A stretch of 64,000 nt of DNA from an uncultured Pelagibacteraceae bacterium (GTDB lineage Bacteria; Pseudomonadota; Alphaproteobacteria; Pelagibacterales; Pelagibacteraceae): the NCBI GenBank assembly GCA_902580445.1, contig CACHKQ010000003.1:27457-91456 (forward strand), written 5' to 3'. Numbering within the stretch: the first letter of the stretch is position 1; every line of letters begins with the position of its first letter. The position numbers were made by a program, and so were the translations under genes. Shown piece after piece: positions 58,121 through 64,000 of this stretch. The notes beneath the pieces were generated by a model, which was not told where the DNA came from, searched no databases, and saw only the letters and a list, made by a program, of their open reading frames with translations.

Positions 58121-59128
58121 ATGAAAAATATTAAAAAATTTCCACTAATAGTATCATTATTATCTCTTTTAGCTATTTTTTCACCAGCAAATGCTGATAT
58201 AAAAGTAGTTACATCAATAAAACCTATACACTCATTAGCAAGTTATTTAATGGATGGAGTAGGTAAACCAGATTTAATAGTGGATGGTTATGCTTCTCCA
58301 CATGGATTTGCACTAAAGCCATCGCACGCAAAAATGCTTCAAAATGCGGACTTAATATTTTGGGTTGGGGAAGATTTGGAAAATTTTTTAAAAAAACCAT
58401 TAAAATCGATAGCAAAAAAAGCCGAAAAAATAGAATTAATGGAAATTAAGGGATTAAAAAAATTGGAATTTAGAGAAAGAAACATATTCGAAGACCATGA
58501 TGATCATAAAGAACATGGTCATAAAGAAGATAAACACGATGATCATAAAGAAGATAAACACGATGATCATAAAGAACATGGTCATAAAGAAGATAAACAC
58601 GATGATCATCACGGACATGCTCATGGTGAACACGATCCACACATTTGGCTTGATCCTATGAACGCAAAAGTAATTTTAATTGAAATGGCAGAACATCTAA
58701 TTGAAAACGATCAAGAAAACGCATCTAAATACAAAGCTAATTTAAAAAAAGCACACAAAGATTTAGACAAACTTACAAAAGAAGTAAAATCTGAGCTAAA
58801 TAAAGATTTCAAATCAATTGTTTTTCATGACGCTTACCAATATTTTGAAAAAAGATTTGATGTTAATGTTTTGGGAGCTTTTACAGTAAATACAGACGTA
58901 TTACCTGGTGCAGAACAATTATCTGAGATTAGAGAAGTAATTGAACATGAAAAAGTAAGCTGTGTGTTTTCTGAACCTCAATTTAACCCTGATATAATCA
59001 AAGCAGTAGCAAAAGACACAAATATTAAGACTGGGGTTATAGATCCTTTAGGAGCTACTTTAAATCCTGGGAAAACTTTGTATTTTGATTTAATTAAGAA
59101 TATGTCTTCCTCTTTTAAAGGTTGTTAA
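58121..59128 (+). CDS. znuA: Zinc ABC transporter periplasmic substrate-binding protein with a His/Asp-rich loop
   Basis: A signal peptide, a cluster A-I SBP fold (HIWLDP), and a long DDHKEHGHKEDKH-type loop. Confidence 0.9.
   Translation: MKNIKKFPLIVSLLSLLAIFSPANADIKVVTSIKPIHSLASYLMDGVGKPDLIVDGYASPHGFALKPSHAKMLQNADLIFWVGEDLENFLKKPLKSIAKKAEKIELMEIKGLKKLEFRERNIFEDHDDHKEHGHKEDKHDDHKEDKHDDHKEHGHKEDKHDDHHGHAHGEHDPHIWLDPMNAKVILIEMAEHLIENDQENASKYKANLKKAHKDLDKLTKEVKSELNKDFKSIVFHDAYQYFEKRFDVNVLGAFTVNTDVLPGAEQLSEIREVIEHEKVSCVFSEPQFNPDIIKAVAKDTNIKTGVIDPLGATLNPGKTLYFDLIKNMSSSFKGC
58499..58612 (+). repeat. In-frame perfect tandem DNA repeats (39 + 24 + 39 nt, plus a partial unit) encoding the ZnuA His-rich loop
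   Basis: 58499..58537 and 58562..58600 are identical (gatgatcataaagaacatggtcataaagaagataaacac). 58538..58561 is the same unit without its internal 15 nt. A fourth unit starts at 58601. Confidence 0.9.
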
Positions 59129-59172
59129 AAACCTTCTCATTATTTATTAATTAATGTATATATTGTGCCTCA

Positions 59173-59257
59173 GCCCTCGTGGTGAAATGGTAGACACAAA
59201 GGACTTAAAATCCTTGCCCGTATGGGAGTGACAGTTCGAGTCTGTCCGAGGGCACCA
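59173..59257 (+). tRNA. tRNA-Leu (TAA anticodon)
   Basis: Acceptor stem GCCCTCG/CGAGGGC, anticodon stem-loop AAGGA-CTTAAAA-TCCTT, a long variable arm, T-arm GACAG-TTCGAGT-CTGTC, and an encoded CCA. Total length 85 nt. Confidence 0.92.
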
Positions 59258-59313
59258 AACAAATGAATGATAGAAACTTTAATTATTTCAGATAAGAATA
59301 AAAATCTAATAAG

Positions 59314-61344
59314 ATGAAAAAAAATATTCTTTTTTCTATAATTTTTGCAGTCCAATATTTTTTCATTATAAATTCACACTCATTATCTGACGAATGGTTT
59401 ACGAGTGCGGGTGATTATAATTCACTAAAGTTTTCAAAAATAGAAAAGATAAATAAAGATAACGCAAATAATTTAGAATTAGCTTGGACTTATAAAAACG
59501 GATTTGTTCCTGATAAAAACTCAACATTTAGAAATAATAATCAGGCAACACCAATATTCACGGGCAAAAAACTTATTTCTTCTAGTATGGATGGATTTGT
59601 AATTGCCATGAATCCACAAAATGGAAAAGAAATTTGGCGAACTAAAATCGAATACCCTTCAGCGAGAAGGGGATTTACTTATTTTGAAGGCAATATATTC
59701 ATTCCAAGTGGCAAAGGGATATATGTACTTAATGAAAAAGATGGAACATTAAATAAAAATTTTGGTTTGGACGGTTTGATAACAAACAACAAAAATTTAT
59801 CTTCTTTGTCTTTAGTTCCTCCAATGGTTTTTGAAGATAAGATGATTGTGGCATATATAAACACTGTAGTTAGTCATTCAATCCCATCTGGGAAAATTAA
59901 TTGGAAAGTTAATTTGAATGGGTCCAGAGTTTGGTCTGGAATATCTTATGATAAAAAAAATGAAAAACTTGTGTTTGTCACAAGTAATTTAGTAAATTTA
60001 TTAGGCAACACAAACATTAAAGACGATTATTCAAATAGCATTGTTGTAGTCGATGGTCAGACAGGACAAACAAATTGCAAATTTAAAGATACAATTCATG
60101 ATCATTGGGATTACGATATGGTTGGAAATCCAATTATTATTAATTCAAATAATTCAAATCTTGCATATGGATTTTCAAAAACTGGCAATATTTTTGTTGT
60201 AAATATTCCTGAATGTAAACTTGTTAATGCAGATCATATTCAAAAAATTAAAACTGATAGTTTATCACCGATTGAAAATCAAACCTATTCTGATTATCAA
60301 ATACGTATAAATAATCCAGAAAATCTTATGGACTTAGAATATGAATTAAGTTCTTATTTGGATTATATTTCTAAAGATAATCAAAATTTAGATTACGTCA
60401 AACATAGAACAAGAAATTCAAAATTTGGAAAAAGTTTCATTCCTTTATCTTTAGATTATGATCCAATTGTAATGGGTTTACATGGAGGTCCAGAATGGCC
60501 AGGGGGATCATATGATTTTACCAATAATCAAATTATTATTCCAACTAATCACTATCCGTGGATAATAAGGTCTTATTACTCTTGTTGTTTAAAAAACAAA
60601 CCTTCTGCGCAAAGAAAGGCTCAGCAATATTTAATTGATTTAAAACATTTCAATGCAAATAAAATTTATAAAAACAAATGCTCTTCTTGTCATCAAAAGA
60701 GAAAAAAAGGAAAATATGAAAGTGAATTTTTTGGAGATACATATATCCCAAGTCTCAGTGGTGTTACTTTGACGAAAAAAGGGGAGTCACTTAATTCTTT
60801 AAAGAATTTTAAATATTCACATAAGTATACTGAAAATATAGAGATTTCAGATAAAGAACTTAGTCTTTTAAAAGAATATTTTGAGGCTCACGATAAATAC
60901 CTTAAAGAAAATGATTTGTTAAGATTATCCGCCACTTGGCAGTTGTTACTCGACAAATATGGAGAATTTGCTTCTAAACCACCGCACGGCAAACTAACAG
61001 CTTTTGACGTAAGTACTGGAAAAATCACTTGGCAAATACCCTTTGGTGAAAAATTTATTAATAATCAAATTATTAAAGGTGATATAAATTTTGGGGGAGT
61101 GCTGTCAACTGCAGGAAACATTTCAATCGCAACAGGAACTCCAGATAAAAACGTTTACATATTTAATTCTTCAAATGGTGAAGAACTCTGGAGAACAAAG
61201 TTAAAATTTGCAGGTTCATCACCTCCAATGACTTACCTATACAAAGGAGAGCAATATATAATAATTAATTCAAGTGGCGGAAGATTTTATGGATATGAAA
61301 AAGAATTTGGTGATTTAATCTATGCGTTTAAGCTTAAAAGATAA
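59314..61344 (+). CDS. Secreted PQQ-type beta-propeller dehydrogenase-like protein with an internal c-type heme motif (quinohemoprotein-like)
   Basis: A signal peptide, propeller repeats (NQATPIFTGKKLISSSMDGFVIAMNPQNGKEIWRT; TAFDVSTGKITWQIPFG; YIFNSSNGEELWRT), CSSCH at residues 456-460 followed by IPSLSGV, and a vicinal CC about 30 residues upstream. Confidence 0.65.
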   Translation: MKKNILFSIIFAVQYFFIINSHSLSDEWFTSAGDYNSLKFSKIEKINKDNANNLELAWTYKNGFVPDKNSTFRNNNQATPIFTGKKLISSSMDGFVIAMNPQNGKEIWRTKIEYPSARRGFTYFEGNIFIPSGKGIYVLNEKDGTLNKNFGLDGLITNNKNLSSLSLVPPMVFEDKMIVAYINTVVSHSIPSGKINWKVNLNGSRVWSGISYDKKNEKLVFVTSNLVNLLGNTNIKDDYSNSIVVVDGQTGQTNCKFKDTIHDHWDYDMVGNPIIINSNNSNLAYGFSKTGNIFVVNIPECKLVNADHIQKIKTDSLSPIENQTYSDYQIRINNPENLMDLEYELSSYLDYISKDNQNLDYVKHRTRNSKFGKSFIPLSLDYDPIVMGLHGGPEWPGGSYDFTNNQIIIPTNHYPWIIRSYYSCCLKNKPSAQRKAQQYLIDLKHFNANKIYKNKCSSCHQKRKKGKYESEFFGDTYIPSLSGVTLTKKGESLNSLKNFKYSHKYTENIEISDKELSLLKEYFEAHDKYLKENDLLRLSATWQLLLDKYGEFASKPPHGKLTAFDVSTGKITWQIPFGEKFINNQIIKGDINFGGVLSTAGNISIATGTPDKNVYIFNSSNGEELWRTKLKFAGSSPPMTYLYKGEQYIIINSSGGRFYGYEKEFGDLIYAFKLKR

Positions 61345-61355
61345 TTTCAAAACCT

Positions 61356-61392
61356 TTAGGAAGTGGCAGCTCGACTCTGTCTGGAAGCACTA
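61356..61392 (+). other. Degenerate copy of the tRNA-Leu 3' half (att-like scar / tRNA fragment)
   Basis: An ungapped hand alignment to 59221..59257 gives 26/37 identities (..GGaAGTGgCAGcTCGAcTCTGTCtG..GCACtA). It is a locally GC-rich island in AT-rich spacer DNA. Confidence 0.5.
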
Positions 61393-61396
61393 AAAA

Positions 61397-62186
61397 CTAT
61401 TTATTTTTTCTATAAACTTTTGAAAAATGTTTTGTACTTGATCTTAATTTAATAAAGTTTAATATTTTTTTATTACCTTTTTGCTTGTTAGTTGGAGCAT
61501 AAAGTGCCTTGTTTCTATTTAACAAATCTTTTTTGGAAGGATTAATTAAATAATATACTGCCATACTATTTCTAATTACTTTTTTCTTTGGTTGAAGAAC
61601 ACCATGCCAACTTTGGCTTGATACATCAAAAAAGACAGCCCTATTAAATTTTGGATAAATTTTTGTTGATAAATCACCAGGAAGCTTATCATTTTTTTTA
61701 TTTTTTTTGTAAAAACATATTTCACCCCCCCCAATTTTCTTTCCATCCTTTTGATAGAAAAACAATTAAATTATATTTTCTTTGTAAATTAGCTTTGGGA
61801 TGAATAAAATAATCTAGATGTGGATTTAATTTTCCTTTATGATGCATTAAATGCCAACCACCGCCGTGTAGACCATAATCCGGAATAACTTTTGGTATTT
61901 TGAGTTTTTTAGATAAGAATTTTGTAGTTTGATTGGAATTTAAAAGAGAAAAAACTTTATAAGTCAATGGCGGGAAAAAGTTCCAATTATTTGAAGTTTT
62001 TTTAACCTCACAATAATTTTTATATTCATGCAATCTCTTGTCTTTATATTTGGGAAATTCCTTTTGTAATTTATTTGCAACAGAAGTTTTAAAAAAATTA
62101 TCTATAACTGCATACGGAAAAGGACTTTTGTTATAAAAAGTCTTCATACTTTTGCCTAAATTCTTTAAGTTAATATAGTCACGCAT
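61397..62186 (-). pseudogene. 2OG-Fe(II) oxygenase interrupted by a +1 frameshift in a G8 tract (C8 on the plus strand, 61725..61732)
   Basis: ORFs 61722..62186 and 61397..61765 together carry H-x-D (PHLDY), a distal His (SQSWHGV) and R-x-S (IRNSM). A G7 tract would read WGGEICFY and fuse them into one protein of about 262 aa. Confidence 0.75.
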
Positions 62187-62259
62187 AGAATTATAAATAT
62201 TCGACTATTATTTATAGCTTAATATTGTTAATAGTAAATGTATTAATTTGAATCACCTT

Positions 62260-63153
62260 ATGAAAGTTTTTGATTGTACAACATTTTATAATGAAAATAT
62301 GATGTTGGATTTAAGATTTAATATTCTTAATCCCTACGTAGATAAATTTGTAATTACTGAGTCTAAATATTCTCACAGTGGAGAAAAGAAAAAACTTAAT
62401 TTTGATATAAATAAATTTAAAGATTTTAAAAAAAAAATAAATTATATCGTCGTTGAGAATGAGCCTAATAATCTATTTGATGAAACCAGGATACATTTAA
62501 ACAAATCAGGAAATAATCAAATTAGAGAAAATTCGATTAAAAGAATTGCATTTCAAAGAGATAATTTAATAAAAGGCATTGAAGAAGCAGACAAAGATGA
62601 TTACATTTTTTATAGTGACAATGATGAAATTCCTAAATTCGAAAATATTAGCTTAGAAAAAAATAAAAACAAAATTATAGCTTTTAATCAAAAATTATTT
62701 TACTACAAATTAAATTTATTTTGCGATAGGATTGAGTGGCATGGTACTCGAGGATGCAAAAAAAAATATTTAAAATCGTTTTCCTGGCTTAGAGATCTTA
62801 AAATAAAAAATTATCCAATTTATAGAATTGATACACTATTTTCAGACACAAAATACACAAATATTAAAATAGTAAAAAATGGAGGTTGGCACTTTTCACA
62901 AGTCAAATCACCTGAGGACATTTATAAAAAATTAACAAATAGTGAGGATCATGCAGAGTTTAAAGCTAACAAACAAACACTTAATGACATTAAAGACATG
63001 GTAAAGAGGAAAGTAATAAATTTCGATCATCAAGCTAAATCAAAAGATTATAAATATTCTAATGAGTTTAAATTGAAAACTTTACCAATTAAAGATATGC
63101 CGATTTTCATACAAAAAAATTCAGGCAAATATTCTGAATGGCTAGATTTGTAG
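62260..63153 (+). CDS. Glycosyltransferase family 17 (second paralog)
   Basis: MKVFDCTTFYNENMMLDLRFNIL, SDNDEIP and GGWHFSQ. It is collinear with the 53866..54756 protein. I chose the ATG at 62260 by homology over the TTG at 62248. Confidence 0.75.
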   Translation: MKVFDCTTFYNENMMLDLRFNILNPYVDKFVITESKYSHSGEKKKLNFDINKFKDFKKKINYIVVENEPNNLFDETRIHLNKSGNNQIRENSIKRIAFQRDNLIKGIEEADKDDYIFYSDNDEIPKFENISLEKNKNKIIAFNQKLFYYKLNLFCDRIEWHGTRGCKKKYLKSFSWLRDLKIKNYPIYRIDTLFSDTKYTNIKIVKNGGWHFSQVKSPEDIYKKLTNSEDHAEFKANKQTLNDIKDMVKRKVINFDHQAKSKDYKYSNEFKLKTLPIKDMPIFIQKNSGKYSEWLDL

Positions 63154-63162
63154 TGATAACGT

Positions 63163-64000
63163 ATGAAAAATTTTAAGATATCTGTTCATATTCCTCTATA
63201 TTTAAAAAAACCGTATAATAAAAAAAAAATTATAAACTTTAAAAAAGTTTGTAAAAGTTTACTCGCATTATCAAGTAAATCTCAAATTTTTGTTCATTCA
63301 AATCAAAAATTTAAAAATGAAAGTAAAAAAATTCAATATTTTTATTATAACTTAAAAAAAGATCATTCATTTAAACTTACATGGTATTGTAGAAGTTTGA
63401 TGAAATCTCAAAAAGATAATTTTGATATATTTATCTATTGCGAGGACGATATTCTTTTTGATAAAAAAAACTTTAATTATTGGTTGAAGTACAAAAATAC
63501 TTGTATTAAAAATAATTACAATTTGGGTTTTTTAAGATTTGAAATTAATAAAAAAGATAAAAACCTTTATTCAACTGATCAAGTAAATCAATCGTCAAAA
63601 TATTTAAATTTATCCAAAAAGAAATATTTGGTTTTAGAAAATTCATATTGCGCTTTTTGGATATATGATAAAAAAGAATTTAATGATTTTATTAAAACAA
63701 AGTTTTATAATTTTAATTGGAGATGGATTTCAATTTCAAACATTTTATTAATCAGAGAAATGGCTGCTGTTGGTTGGCACGGTGAAAATATGAACGGATT
63801 AAGTATGAATAGGTATTTAGCAACAATAGTTCCATATAAAAAGAACAAGTTGGATAATGGGTCTTTAGTAAGACATCTTTCAGATAATTATGCCAATGCT
63901 CCTCAAGGTCTATTTGGAACATTAAAGATTAGTCATATTTCACATAATAATCTTAAAATATTTTTACCATCAACATTATTTGACAGAATTATCAAAAGAA
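63163..64000 (+). CDS. Hypothetical protein, 3'-truncated by the window edge (possible glycosyltransferase; not in the ORF track)
   Basis: My manual translation from the ATG at 63163 stays open to the window end (MKNFKISVHIPLYLKK...IFIYCEDDILFDKKNFNYW...). It has a DxD-like EDD motif and sits in a glycan patch. Confidence 0.5.
   Translation, partial: MKNFKISVHIPLYLKKPYNKKKIINFKKVCKSLLALSSKSQIFVHSNQKFKNESKKIQYFYYNLKKDHSFKLTWYCRSLMKSQKDNFDIFIYCEDDILFDKKNFNYWLKYKNTCIKNNYNLGFLRFEINKKDKNLYSTDQVNQSSKYLNLSKKKYLVLENSYCAFWIYDKKEFNDFIKTKFYNFNWRWISISNILLIREMAAVGWHGENMNGLSMNRYLATIVPYKKNKLDNGSLVRHLSDNYANAPQGLFGTLKISHISHNNLKIFLPSTLFDRIIKR

Noticed and set aside
59170-59355. 61-aa minus-strand ORF
   Set aside because: It overlaps the complete tRNA-Leu(TAA) gene on the other strand, so it is spurious.
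1-64000. Search for CRISPR arrays, IS elements, integrases, prophage, toxin-antitoxin or known defence genes
   Set aside because: No spaced direct-repeat arrays, no transposase, recombinase or capsid-like ORFs, and no unexplained multi-gene operon of unknown function were seen. The only mobility trace is the tRNA-Leu 3' fragment.

Overview
This is a very AT-rich, extremely gene-dense bacterial chromosome segment. Many genes overlap by 1-14 nt and some neighbours have zero spacing. The backbone is housekeeping and alphaproteobacterial in character: grxD-bolA-purL-purQ-purS-purC-purB-map-sfsA, rpoZ-dusA, nrdAB, prpCB, glmS, cysS, nadE, rpsD and znuABC-zur. Together with the Lys/Asn/Ile-rich proteins, this looks like a streamlined marine SAR11/Pelagibacterales-type genome; that assignment is an inference, since no search was run. 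I call about 70 CDS, including two the ORF track missed: a 50-aa ORF at 2057..2209 and an open-ended ORF at 63163..64000. I also call 2 tRNAs (Met-CAT, Leu-TAA), Zur boxes, candidate NrdR boxes and one in-gene tandem repeat. I saw no rRNA, CRISPR, transposase, integrase, phage or toxin-antitoxin genes. The backbone is interrupted by four surface-glycan patches, at 8.8-15.0 kb, 19.3-21.3 kb, 53.4-55.7 kb and 61.4-64.0 kb. The items most worth a second look are: (1) a G8/C8 tract, apparently the only long G/C run here, that frameshifts a 2OG-Fe(II) oxygenase in a glycan patch, which could be a phase-variation switch, an error or a pseudogene; (2) a degenerate copy of the tRNA-Leu 3' half that brackets a single quinoprotein gene carrying an internal CXXCH; (3) an apt / mtnP-mtnA-FucA-like aldolase / SpeD-SpeE fusion module that looks like polyamine synthesis coupled to a DHAP-shunt type of MTA disposal; (4) a GlmU reduced to its acetyltransferase half; (5) a carbamoyltransferase with SxtJ- and SxtK-like membrane partners; (6) a CADD-type diiron protein that may be a non-canonical pABA synthase. 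Nothing here resembles a known defence or mobile system, and all functional calls rest on motif recognition by eye.
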